Shown here: one piece after another, positions 10,669-20,757 of the stretch
Position numbering within the stretch: the stretch's first letter is position 1
How the letters are laid out: each line of letters starts with the position of its first letter
Assembly: GCA_963662585.1 (NCBI GenBank)
Contig: OY759729.1
Location: 384,001 to 448,000, forward strand
Source of the DNA: Candidatus Cloacimonadales bacterium
GTDB lineage: Bacteria > Cloacimonadota > Cloacimonadia > Cloacimonadales > JAFGVF01
DNA length: 64,000 nucleotides
Direction of reading: 5' to 3'
Translations under genes and position numbers: made by a program
The notes under the pieces: generated by a model
Seen by the model: the letters and a program-made list of their open reading frames with translations, nothing else
What the model was told of the DNA's origin: nothing
Databases searched by the model: none

Positions 10669-10855
10669 TTAAGGGTTGAATGATACTAGCAATCATAGCT
10701 GTTGCCATAATACCATTCAACCACATTATTATGGTCATTTTGGTATCTAGACGACTAAACCTTTCCACAAGACCTGGTCGTCCATTACCATGCAAGACCT
10801 TCTTAATATCTTTTATATCTTCTTCCATATTCTTATGTTGTTCACATACGCCCAT
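10658..10855 (-). CDS. Small holin-like protein
   Basis: 65 aa; LHGNGRPGLVER followed by a C-terminal TM helix; within the lysis cluster. Confidence 0.5.
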   Translation of the reverse strand: MGVCEQHKNMEEDIKDIKKVLHGNGRPGLVERFSRLDTKMTIIMWLNGIMATAMIASIIQPLIGG

Positions 10856-10869
10856 ATCATCACCTCAAT

Positions 10870-11406
10870 CTATACCGTTTCTGGTATATCTTGAATAATG
10901 AAGAACCTATTTTTAGAAGTGTTGGAATAAGATGTACTTAGAGTAGAATTAAAGAGTCCGTTAAACTCAGTCTCTCTTTCATAAGTCCACCTCATGCCGT
11001 TGAAAATAAGAGATCTATCACCATCTGGAGAGAGCAAAGCAATAGTTCTTATTTCTTTGTTAAGTTCAGCTTCTAACCAGTCTTTTCTCTCCTGGGTAAG
11101 ACCAACTAAGTACAACTCAATTGTATTAGTACGCTTACCCTCAATTACATAGTTGCTGGTAGGGAGCTTCTCAACCTTAGAGCTCTCTTTACCAGGCTTA
11201 TCAGCTAAGTCAGAAATTTCCTGAAGCACAGTTTCTAAGAAGGTAAGAAATTCATCTCTGCCTGCTAAAGAAGCTTCAGGGATATCAGCTATTGAATCAA
11301 AGGCGCCATCACCTATCATACACTTCCCGTGTTGAAATGCAGCAATCTGCTTACTGAAATCCACAACCTTAGTATCTAAGGTAGGTTTTGTTGGAGTACC
11401 GCTCAT
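10870..11406 (-). CDS. Putative major tail (tube) protein
   Basis: Directly after the capsid gene with a strong AGGAGG RBS; size and position fit; paralog of 3645-4241. Confidence 0.55.
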   Translation of the reverse strand: MSGTPTKPTLDTKVVDFSKQIAAFQHGKCMIGDGAFDSIADIPEASLAGRDEFLTFLETVLQEISDLADKPGKESSKVEKLPTSNYVIEGKRTNTIELYLVGLTQERKDWLEAELNKEIRTIALLSPDGDRSLIFNGMRWTYERETEFNGLFNSTLSTSYSNTSKNRFFIIQDIPETV

Positions 11407-11417
11407 AATCTACCTCC

Positions 11418-13481
11418 TTAGGCGTTTGTGCAAGGACCAACGGCAGCAGATACTACAGGAGTACCAGCAACGCCATCAGAATCTACAGGGGTTACTTCGA
11501 ATTTAATATACTTGGTTGCATCACCGGCTACAACACTATATGTGCTTGCAGTAGCACCAGAAATAGCTGAATAGGTACCATCTTCAGTAGCAGAAATTAA
11601 CCATCTGAATGTAGAAGTACCTTCTGTAGGACCAGAAAGATAATCATATCTACCAGTCAAAACATCAGCAGTATTTAATCCGGATTGAAGAATTCTTACA
11701 TTATCAGCAATTGGAGTACCCACCATTTTATAGACCTTAACAAAATCAGGAACATAAGTAATACCTGGTCTGATTCTGATGTACCAGTGATACTTCCAGT
11801 CAGAACCGTGATGTTCAACTTTGAGTTCAGCTTCAGTTCTATAACCAATGATGATGAACTTTGTAAGACCAGCTATAATATAACCATCAGGCATCAATCT
11901 ACCTTTAACAGGAATACCAGCAAATGAGATTTTACCACCTTCAAGAATTAGCTTATCGCCTACATTAGTCTGTCTATTACCTAATTCAGTTCTAACCTGA
12001 ATTAACTCACGATGAGATAGATACATATTGAAATTTTCTTGTTCTTCGAGAAGATCATCAGAAAATCCCAATAAGGCTTGTTCGAATTTCTTAACCCAAG
12101 TATCATAGATATCTGTGTTAATTTCGGTAACATCGCTAGCAGAAGTAGCTAACTTAACTATACCATTAAGTGCTTTAAGCTTAGCTGTAGCAGAAGCTCT
12201 ATCACCTTTAAAGAGTAACATTCTCAAAGCTTTTTCAGCTTTAGCTGCAATATGTTGTTCTACATAAGCACCAAATGCTTGTTCTCCATATTTATCAATA
12301 TAGAACTCTACAACATCTTTACCCAAAGTGTATTCTGCATTGAGAATACCTGTAGGGCAGTCAATATCAAGAGTACCTACATCTTGAGCAGAAACAGCAC
12401 CATCAATACTATTCTTGAAAATTAAATCTTCAATAAGCCCAGCATCTATCTTCTCATCTTTAATGAGAGGAACTACAGTAATATCAGCAAGAGTATCACC
12501 TGCTTTACTTCCAACTACTTCATCAATAAAGAGTGAAGTAGTGTTAGGAGTTAAAATGTTCATCTTTTGCCCACCATCTATATTGGCAATACCTTTGTAG
12601 ATATCTTTGTGAGCTGCTTTAACCACAACCTTTGTACCATTAACCATTACTTCCTTGTCCAATTTGTCCTCCTTACCAGGTTCCCCTTTAATAGATTTTG
12701 AGATAGCCTTTTTAATAGCTTCAGTAGTCTCTTTAATGGACTTCTCAATACCCTTTAAAACTTCTCCTACATTATCAGTTTTATCTTCTGCGTCAGAACC
12801 TTTTAGCTTAGCTATTTCAGCTTCTAACTCTCCAATTTTACTAGTTACATCTTTGTTATCATCAAGGTCAGCAGATTTTTTTAGCTCCACTAATAGAGCT
12901 AAGCTTTTTTCAATCCCCTTGAGAATAGCATCGTTATTACCATCACCTAAATCATCAGCTTCTCCAGCTAAAGAAACACCATTGAAATTACCTTTTTTCA
13001 CTTTCTTCCAAAGATCACCCTGCAAATTTTCACATTTGATCACCTGCACCCATGAACCAATAGCTGTGTCCGGGAAATGCTCTTTATCTTCTGTTTTCAA
13101 GATGTAGTTCTCAGCAATGAAGAAATCATCTACAGGTTTCTCATTATGATTCACATCATTTTTACGAAGCATACCTTTCTTAGAAAAGTTCTCACAGGCC
13201 TTCTGTATCTGAGCCATGTTAGCATGATCACCTTGTGTATCTTCAACATTAGGTTCAGTAACAGTAACATAGAGATAACCCATATCTCCTACTTCTTCTG
13301 ATTTAAACTTCTTAGAAACACCCTTAATCACACGGCTTTTACCTTCAGCGTTTTTGTAGATAGCACCTTTTCGATTAGCTGGTTTCATGTCGTCAAAAAG
13401 AAGAGAGATCATATCAACATCAATATTTCTTAATTCTCCCTTCTTTATCTTCTTTTTTCTGCTCTTAAACAACATATACAT
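11418..13481 (-). CDS. Fused prohead protease (XkdF-like), scaffold, major capsid and C-terminal Ig-like domain
   Basis: N-terminal DTQGD...NHNE...GSWV...VKKGNFNGVSLAG protease motifs; charged coiled-coil linker; ~290 aa capsid-sized region; C-terminal EGTSTFRW...ISGATASTY...KYIKFEVTP beta-sandwich motif. Confidence 0.75.
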   Translation of the reverse strand: MYMLFKSRKKKIKKGELRNIDVDMISLLFDDMKPANRKGAIYKNAEGKSRVIKGVSKKFKSEEVGDMGYLYVTVTEPNVEDTQGDHANMAQIQKACENFSKKGMLRKNDVNHNEKPVDDFFIAENYILKTEDKEHFPDTAIGSWVQVIKCENLQGDLWKKVKKGNFNGVSLAGEADDLGDGNNDAILKGIEKSLALLVELKKSADLDDNKDVTSKIGELEAEIAKLKGSDAEDKTDNVGEVLKGIEKSIKETTEAIKKAISKSIKGEPGKEDKLDKEVMVNGTKVVVKAAHKDIYKGIANIDGGQKMNILTPNTTSLFIDEVVGSKAGDTLADITVVPLIKDEKIDAGLIEDLIFKNSIDGAVSAQDVGTLDIDCPTGILNAEYTLGKDVVEFYIDKYGEQAFGAYVEQHIAAKAEKALRMLLFKGDRASATAKLKALNGIVKLATSASDVTEINTDIYDTWVKKFEQALLGFSDDLLEEQENFNMYLSHRELIQVRTELGNRQTNVGDKLILEGGKISFAGIPVKGRLMPDGYIIAGLTKFIIIGYRTEAELKVEHHGSDWKYHWYIRIRPGITYVPDFVKVYKMVGTPIADNVRILQSGLNTADVLTGRYDYLSGPTEGTSTFRWLISATEDGTYSAISGATASTYSVVAGDATKYIKFEVTPVDSDGVAGTPVVSAAVGPCTNA

Positions 13482-13492
13482 ATCCTCCGTTG

Positions 13493-14677
13493 CTAGTTTT
13501 TATTCTCATTAAATATTTTTTCGTCTTCAGATAGGAAAATGGTTGTTAGGTCTCCAAATTCAAGCTCCTTGTGGCTTAAAGTAATGTTCCCCTCCTGAGA
13601 GAACTCCCTTGCCAAAAGCTTCTTTAAACGGCTCTGAAGTGGTTTAATTACGAAATTATAGAATAGGATCATATCAGAGTTTCCATCTCCACCTAACTGA
13701 CCAGCCACGAGCTGACTTACAACCCTGGGCGGAGTCCTGTGATAAGCGAAGATGCCCTCTCTTAAATCTTTCTTTAACTTAAGAAAACCACCGTCCTTAT
13801 CTTGTTGTCTCATTGGCTCTAATCTAATATGTGTATCTTTATTTTCTGTTTCTATTAATACAGTGTTGTGAGAGTTAGTATTACCCTTAGCAGACTGGAG
13901 AGCCTCCTTAATAACAGTGTAAGCATCTCTCATAACTTCATTACCCTCATTGTCTTCGATGGTATCATCCTTAAGGGTACCGCCCTCAACAATGATAAAG
14001 TAGTCTATTAATAAGCCGTTATTAAAATTGTTGTGATCAAATATCTTAATCTGCTCTAATATAGCAATATTAGTGATAATTGGTAAGCAAGAAAGCCCCC
14101 AGGCATTACTTCTATAGGTAGGGTTTTTAAGATGAATTACATCTTTGCCCGGAAAGAACTTCTTTTTGTAGTTTTTTATCTGTAGGTAATCAGGACTATA
14201 GAAACCATACTCATCATAATTCTCTAATATCACTACCTCGGTAGGCAACATTCTCTCCAAGCCTACCCACTCACCTGCAGAGTTTCTCATCTTAAGTAAG
14301 AAGCCATTACCACACTCAAGATAGTATCTTAGAAACTCCTCCAGGAGTTGTTCCATATCTTGATTTTCAGGAAATACAGCATCTTCCATCCACTTCTCAA
14401 ATTGCTTGTTAGAAGTAGAAAAGTCCATAATTGTACCCATTATCTGAGCATCAATACAACCATTATGGTATTCATCAACTTCAGCCAAATGAAGTAACTT
14501 ATACATGCTAAGCGGAGGATGAACAACAGTTTGATTTGTTTCAGACTTAACTACAGGCTTGCCACCAACCCAAGCACATTTTTCTAGATCCACCTTCTCA
14601 TTAGCGAAGTGCTTTTCTAGCAATTCCTCACTGCTCATGATAGCTACATTATAATCTAATATCTTCTCAACTCTCAT
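13493..14677 (-). CDS. Phage portal protein (PBSX/P2-like type)
   Basis: YLECGNGFL, DVIHLK...WGLS, AYHRTPPRVV and FYNFVIKPLQ motifs; directly upstream of the protease-capsid gene. Confidence 0.82.
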   Translation of the reverse strand: MRVEKILDYNVAIMSSEELLEKHFANEKVDLEKCAWVGGKPVVKSETNQTVVHPPLSMYKLLHLAEVDEYHNGCIDAQIMGTIMDFSTSNKQFEKWMEDAVFPENQDMEQLLEEFLRYYLECGNGFLLKMRNSAGEWVGLERMLPTEVVILENYDEYGFYSPDYLQIKNYKKKFFPGKDVIHLKNPTYRSNAWGLSCLPIITNIAILEQIKIFDHNNFNNGLLIDYFIIVEGGTLKDDTIEDNEGNEVMRDAYTVIKEALQSAKGNTNSHNTVLIETENKDTHIRLEPMRQQDKDGGFLKLKKDLREGIFAYHRTPPRVVSQLVAGQLGGDGNSDMILFYNFVIKPLQSRLKKLLAREFSQEGNITLSHKELEFGDLTTIFLSEDEKIFNENKN

Positions 14678-14692
14678 AGAATGCCCTCTACT

Positions 14693-15067
14693 TTAGTCTT
14701 GTATCTCAAATTTAGCAATCATCACATTTCTACCTGCATCAGCCTTAGACGGATAATAGACTATCTCATCTACATCTTTTCTATATCTGGACTGAAAATA
14801 CCCTCTGAATTCCATACTTATCTTCCAAATATCCATTTCAGGGTCAGCCCTACCAACGCAATCCCTAACCAAATAAACCATTAGCCTTGGATTATGCTTT
14901 GAGTAACCAGAGCTTGTTTTAAGTTCTCCTCTTGAACCCTCTAAACTAACTATAGCACAAGGGAAATTGCGGGGATTAACTTGCTTATCGAAATGAATAT
15001 CAGCCAAACTAATCCCCATTGTATTTAATGTCACAACCACTTGTTCTCTTAATTTTCTAAAATCCAT
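14693..15067 (-). CDS. Putative neck / tail-completion protein
   Basis: Size and position; NFPCAIVSL motif resembles tail terminator proteins. Confidence 0.45.
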   Translation of the reverse strand: MDFRKLREQVVVTLNTMGISLADIHFDKQVNPRNFPCAIVSLEGSRGELKTSSGYSKHNPRLMVYLVRDCVGRADPEMDIWKISMEFRGYFQSRYRKDVDEIVYYPSKADAGRNVMIAKFEIQD

Positions 15068-15126
15068 CTATATCTCCTATTTATAACTGGGAATGTGGGC
15101 ATCCCTGCCCGCTCTTCTCTTAATCC

Positions 15127-15633
15127 CTAATTAACCAAAACACTATCTAATTGGTCATATATCCACTTTTCTTTATTCTTAATAATCTCAGCATATACAT
15201 TGCGTTCTGGTATGCCTTCTCTCTTAATCTTAGCCTGTATCATATATGCCATTTGGGTAACAGAGAATGCCTTACCTCTCTTGTCTACCCAGTTTAAATT
15301 TTTCCTTTCCACCCATGCTTTTAGCGGAGCTAGAGGAGTCCATGAGGGTACTTTTCCACCCAAAATGTATTGCCCATAAGAAACAGCTTCATTTTGCCCT
15401 TCCCCTTTTTGCTTAGGATCAGAGCCTACATAGAGGGTTATAGCATTATCTTCAATCACTACTTCATAAGTTGCATTATCATAGAAGTTGCCCGTATCCC
15501 TAATATTACGACTAAGAATAAGCCCTCTGGCTTCTCCATCTATCACACTGCCAATAGCATTAAACTTCTGCTCTAATGCCGTCAGTATGCCCCTCAATAT
15601 CTCTTTTTCAATTCCTTCTATCATATCATACAC
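15127..15633 (-). CDS. Putative neck protein (HK97 gp10-like)
   Basis: RDTGNF, PLKAWVERK and IQAKIKREGIP motifs. Confidence 0.55.
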   Translation of the reverse strand: MYDMIEGIEKEILRGILTALEQKFNAIGSVIDGEARGLILSRNIRDTGNFYDNATYEVVIEDNAITLYVGSDPKQKGEGQNEAVSYGQYILGGKVPSWTPLAPLKAWVERKNLNWVDKRGKAFSVTQMAYMIQAKIKREGIPERNVYAEIIKNKEKWIYDQLDSVLVN

Positions 15634-16073
15634 GCCTTAGTTCTCTGCACTTTAGAACCGGTATTTAATTCTCTATATCTATCAAGACCAACATCGCTTA
15701 AGTAGCTTTTTATCATAGTGAGAGCTTCAAGTTCTAAGCTCTTTTTCCAGTTGGATATTTCATTACCAGAAAGAAGTTCAGTAGAGTTGGCATCAAAGCC
15801 GGTAGTCTTAATGATGCCTTCCCCGATAGTTTTAAGATTGAGAAACTGAATTGTATTCGCTAATAACAAGTAGCAATAAGCATATTTATAGCTATTCTGT
15901 AGATTATCTTCTACAATTTCACTATTCATATCTTCCCAAACTAGCTCATCTGTATAGCGTTCTAAATCAAGCATAACACGCCCTGCATGCTCAGCAAAAG
16001 TGGATGTAATTCTTGCGTCGTTAGGCAAGTTCAACACTTTTAAAACCGTCTCAACCTCTATTGGTATATTCAT
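15621..16073 (-). CDS. Putative head-tail adaptor
   Basis: 150 aa helical protein with GAGG RBS; first of three neck-sized genes. Confidence 0.45.
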   Translation of the reverse strand: MNIPIEVETVLKVLNLPNDARITSTFAEHAGRVMLDLERYTDELVWEDMNSEIVEDNLQNSYKYAYCYLLLANTIQFLNLKTIGEGIIKTTGFDANSTELLSGNEISNWKKSLELEALTMIKSYLSDVGLDRYRELNTGSKVQRTKACMI

Positions 16074-16321
16074 TTCTACCTCACTCCTTGGTTCACTGGT
16101 ATTACCTTCACCCTTGAAGGCATTCTTATCTCACATCAATCATTACTACTTTTAGCATAGCTAAAATATTTGGCAAATCCGTTTGTCCTCTGTTGTCACA
16201 CTATTTTTTAGGTATGAAAAAAGCCCACCAAATAGGTAGGCTTATTATTTCTGATAATTCCTCTCATAACACAATAACCGTGGTAGTTCTACACTTCCAA
16301 TGAAATGGAGGGAAAGGCGTA

Positions 16322-18040
16322 CAGACTGTGTGAAAATAGATATGTCAACATGTATAAATGTTTAATTAATGTATTTATTTTCTTGACAAACAGAACATTA
16401 TATTTATATTGGAAACATAAATATAGGAGAAATATTATGGACTATAAACAAGGCAAAGACAGACATCAAATTCAGTTTTTAACCTATGATTCTTTAATAG
16501 GAGAAAATCACCTTGTAAGAGTACTAGATCACTTTATAGACGGGCTCGATCTAGAGAAGTTTAATTTTACCTACACAAAACCAAAACGAGTTGGTAGAAA
16601 AGCTTATAATCCTAAATTCATGTTAAAATTGTATGTCTATGGATATCTTAGAGGAATTGTATCAAGTCGAAAATTAGAGTTAGCTACTCACGAAAATATT
16701 CCATTTATATGGCTAATGAAAGAACTAAAACCTGATTTTAAAACAATAGCTGATTTCAGAAAAAACAATGTAAAAAATATTAAATCCGTATTTATGGAAT
16801 TCAATAAATACTCGGTATATATGAATTTAATTGACTTTGAATTATTAGCTATAGATGGTACTTTTATTGATGCAGTTAACCATAATTCTAAAAATATATC
16901 AATAAACAAAATAAACACAATTTTGAAGAAAATAGAAGCTAAATTTGATACATTTAATGAACAATATTCGACTAATGACAAAGAACAAGAATCAAAAAAT
17001 GATAAAAATGAGCAACATTTAGAAAGTATTGAAAAATTAAAAGAAAAAGAAGAGTTTTATTTAAACTTAAAACAAGAGTTAAAGGATAAGGGTTTAACAC
17101 AAATTTCATATACAGATCCAGATAGTCGAATGATGCAAAAAGATGGAAGCAAGAGAGATGTATCGTATAATTGCCAAAGCGTAACAGACTCTAAAAACAA
17201 TTTATTGTTAATGGTTGATGCCTGTAGTGATAATACAGATGCGAAGCAACTTTACAGGATGTCTTCATTAACCAAAGAAGCCTATAATTTGTCAGAATTT
17301 TCAGTTGTCGCTGATAAGGGTTATGGTTTTGGTAGAGAGATAAAAAAATGTAATGAAGATGGTATTAAAACATATGTAACTATGCAAGATTCAGAGAAAA
17401 TGAAAGGTACTCCATTCGCAACCTCTAAGTTTAAATATGATAAAATTAATGATTGTGTTATTTGTCCTAACAATAGAACATTAATCGCTAGTAGAAAGAG
17501 AAATGCTGATAGAGGTCATGAATATGGTAGTCGCAAAACATGCAAAGGTTGTCCAGATTTAAAAGCTTGTACTAATGACAATAAGCAACAATATAGAACA
17601 TTTACATTGAATCCTTATTATGAATATGTGGAGAAACAACTTGAAATTAATAAGGTAAGTAAGAATATACTAAGTCAACGAAAATGTATTGTTGAGCATC
17701 CTTTTGGAACAATAAAAAGGGATATGAATCAGGGTAGATTTTTAACGAAAGGCTTAGAATCTGTTCGTGGTGAGTTTATGTTTACTGCACTGGCATATAA
17801 TATTAAAAGAGTATTTAACATTCTCGGATTTAATAAAATGATGGACTCCATAAATGCCTTTTTTAGGAGAGGTTCGTCCAAAGCTGTCTATTTTGTCAAA
17901 AACATAGTACTTTTGCTAAGAATAGCAATAAATATTGCCTTTTCGAGTGCTAAATTAGCCTGATACTCGAAATGAACAAAAAATCCAGATTTAAGTTTAT
18001 CAAAACTCCCTTAAATCAAAAAGTGATTTCACACAGTCTG
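16322..18040 (+). mobile_element. IS1182-family insertion sequence (1719 bp)
   Basis: 14-bp terminal inverted repeats CAGACTGTGTGAAA / TTTCACACAGTCTG; GTA duplicated at 16319-16321 and 18041-18043. Confidence 0.92.
16437..17963 (+). CDS. IS1182-family transposase
   Basis: SSRKLE, PDFKTIADFRK, AIDGT, TDPDSR, ADKGY and VEHPFGTIK motifs; AGGAG RBS before ATG 16437. Confidence 0.93.
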   Translation: MDYKQGKDRHQIQFLTYDSLIGENHLVRVLDHFIDGLDLEKFNFTYTKPKRVGRKAYNPKFMLKLYVYGYLRGIVSSRKLELATHENIPFIWLMKELKPDFKTIADFRKNNVKNIKSVFMEFNKYSVYMNLIDFELLAIDGTFIDAVNHNSKNISINKINTILKKIEAKFDTFNEQYSTNDKEQESKNDKNEQHLESIEKLKEKEEFYLNLKQELKDKGLTQISYTDPDSRMMQKDGSKRDVSYNCQSVTDSKNNLLLMVDACSDNTDAKQLYRMSSLTKEAYNLSEFSVVADKGYGFGREIKKCNEDGIKTYVTMQDSEKMKGTPFATSKFKYDKINDCVICPNNRTLIASRKRNADRGHEYGSRKTCKGCPDLKACTNDNKQQYRTFTLNPYYEYVEKQLEINKVSKNILSQRKCIVEHPFGTIKRDMNQGRFLTKGLESVRGEFMFTALAYNIKRVFNILGFNKMMDSINAFFRRGSSKAVYFVKNIVLLLRIAINIAFSSAKLA

Positions 18041-18857
18041 GTATGCTCTCCCTCAACCCCTACAGGCTTATCATTCTCATATCTAATTTGCTTGTCAGAC
18101 ACCCAGGGTGCTAGCTTCTTAGTTCTATCTCTCACTTCCTCTAAATCAGCTTTATCAGTATCAATAGCAAGAAGTTCTTCCATAGTATCAATAGCTTCAT
18201 CAAGAGGATAGACTCTATCTTCAGCTGCCAAGGCCTGGCATATCTCTGAAGTTCTTTCATCGAGGATAACTAACAATCTATATCCCCTGGCCCCTGCTTT
18301 TCGATATCCTTCTAATCTGCCAAACTCTCTAACTCTCAATCCTGTATGCTCTGCCATTCCTTGCCAATAAGCAGTTGACTTCTTGCTTAAGCCCTTAAAC
18401 TCTTCTTGTAGGGATTTAGCCAACATCTCTTTTGATTGTCCTGATGCAACGGATTCTAACAATCTCTTTTTAAATCCTGTTTGAATATCAGCACCAAATT
18501 TATTACCTATCCAGAAGAGGTTCTGCTTATTGATCATTGTCTCCAACTTCTGCTGTCTAATACCTGATAAACCTATAGAAATATTAGCTTTAACATCTTT
18601 TACAGTATCACTAAGACCTATTCTCATAGTCTTTGTGGTAAAAGCTTTAGTAGGTTGTCTTACAAGCGAAGAAAACTCTTCTCCCATGTTAGATGTCACT
18701 ACTTGCATAATATCGTCTATATGGCTTGTTTTGACTCTTTCAAAAGCAGATAAATCACTTAGCATCTTAATAGCTTGGCGAGCACTCACCTTTGTCTGTT
18801 CCTTCCAGCTATTATTTAAAATCCGGAAATAATCATACATTGCTTTATCAAATGCGT

Positions 18858-19079
18858 TCATTGCTTCCTCTCAATCCCCCTCTGTGAGGGGGACACAGGG
18901 GGTGTTTCCTTAGTTAATGAAGCACTTCTTCTCTCTTCTTCGTTCAATCGTTTAAGCATCGCAAGTGCTTCGTTTAGCTCTCTTTCACATAAACTTAACT
19001 GACATCTTCTCTTTATCTTTAAAGCTCTAAGCTCTTTAATCTGTTCTTTTAATATCTCTTGCTGGGTTCTATCTTTCAT
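18858..19079 (-). CDS. Small coiled-coil hypothetical protein
   Basis: GAGG RBS; ATGA coupling to the gpF-like gene; C-terminus encoded by a REP-like hairpin. Confidence 0.55.
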   Translation of the reverse strand: MKDRTQQEILKEQIKELRALKIKRRCQLSLCERELNEALAMLKRLNEEERRSASLTKETPPVSPSQRGIERKQ

Positions 19080-19089
19080 ATCTTCTTTT

Positions 19090-19198
19090 CCTCTCTTAAA
19101 AACTCCGTGAAACTCCTCTTAACCTCTGTGTAACTCTGTGTTAAGGCTCTTTTCTTAATTCGTGTTAATTTGTTTTAATTCGTGTTAATTCGTGTAAA
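19090..19198. repeat. REP-like element, family A (CTCTGTG type)
   Basis: GTGAAACTCCTCTTAACCTCTGTGTAACTCTGTGTTAAGG core shared with ~23651 and ~35151. Confidence 0.8.
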
Positions 19199-19202
19199 AG
19201 TC

Positions 19203-20757
19203 TTAATTTCTTATGCTTCTTGCTCTTACTCTCCCTCTACCAAGGTCATACTCAGAGAACCTCTCTAAACATCCAACAGTACAGTCAGGTCCATCAACAT
19301 ATCCATCAGGATAGGTGCAGAACTGGCTAATCAAAACAGGAGTATCTTGACCATCAGGAAAGAGTATTTTACCTGTTTCAATAGTAGTATCAGACCTTTC
19401 AATCCTAAGAAACTTGTTCTCACTGGTGTTAATCTTCTTAAGTTTATAACCTATTGGTGGGTAGTTGTTCTCTTTTAGCCATTTATCCATATCGACAACC
19501 ATCCTGTCTTGCCCGTACACTGTTTCAATAGCACCTCTAAACTTAGCTCCATACTTACGGGTAAGCTCTGTAAAAGAATCATTGTAGTATTTAAAGAACT
19601 TAGAGTTCTCAGTTTGCCTTACCCAGCAGTGAATCATATAAAAGTGGTGTCCCATCGTAGCCTATTGAGACTATCGCCTTAAAACACCCTTTTTTGCCCC
19701 AAGCAGGATCAGCATACAACCAGACTCTTCTGAAGTTCTTTGGCAATATTTTCCACTTCTTAAACCAGTGATACTTGAACATATTCCCTTCTATCACTGC
19801 CTTACCAAGAAACTCTTGTTGATATCCAGTGTGTCCAAACTTCTTTCTTAGTGCTGGCAAGCTCTCGGTAGGGTATTGTTCTTCCCAGACTGATTTGCCT
19901 TCTGCATCTTCAAGAGGGAACCTAAGCAAGAACTTATCATTACCAAAGAGATGCTGAACATTATAAACATCAAAGTCAGTCTCCTGGTAATCATCTTGAG
20001 CCTTAATTTCTTCTTTGATAAGCTCCTCAAATTGACAGATAGCATAGTTAGGATGTACCAGGTTACCAAGCCAGATAACCTTACCACCAGCAGGATCTAA
20101 ACCACCACCACACTCTTTGATAATCTTACCCATCTTACGGCGGCCTATAGTCTGATTACCTATATTCTCTTCTCTATCAATATCATCACATATTATCACA
20201 CCTGGCCGTTTCGCAGTTCGTGGGTTGATAGTTCCTCTAATAGCCTGGGAAGTACCTCTTGCCCTGATTCTTGTTCTATTTTTCAGGAAGAAATCAACCT
20301 CATCACTTCCTATTGGTGTTAGTTCAGGGTAGTCATTGATTAGCCTGGTGTTCTGAGTAAGCTCGTTATAAGTGAAAGAAGTTCTCTCTGCAGCTAAGCC
20401 TTCATCAGATGCTACATGAATCACATAGCTTTCACCTTTAATAATCTTCCAGATAGGATAGACAATACCTAATTCAACGGTTTTACCCATACCACGATAA
20501 CCGGAAACAGCATTAATACCATCTCTTTCATCTACATATTCAAAGGCTTCTCGATGTCCTTCAGAGAACTTTAAGCCAAAGATATGAGGAAAATACTCAC
20601 TACAAAAATAGGAGAAGGCCTTCCAGCCCTCCCCTTTAACCTTGTTTCTTCTATGGCGTTTATCTTTCTCAGTATTGCCAACGAAGGGGCGTATCGTTAC
20701 CCTTTTCTCTGCTATTTCTTCAAATCTCTTATTATCTTTTTGTGTAATTTTAATCAT
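19203..20757 (-). pseudogene. Terminase large subunit split by a single-base frameshift near 19650
   Basis: Walker A GYRGMGKT, Walker B IICDDID and nuclease start LYADPA in 19609-20757; nuclease remainder (YVDGPD) in 19203-19655; deleting one G from GATGGGACAC joins the frames. Confidence 0.82.

Larger units (their letters stand above)
16264..18861 (-). pseudogene. Mu gpF-like minor head protein interrupted by an IS (5' part 18041-18861, 3' part 16264-16321)
   Basis: Removing the IS and one GTA restores ...VEGEHTPFPPFHWKCRTTTVIVL*; LDERTSEIC and PPFHxxCR are gpF-family motifs. Confidence 0.88.

Noticed and set aside
16305..16436. Longer N-terminus of the IS transposase
   Set aside because: It starts outside the left IR (16322); the RBS supports ATG 16437
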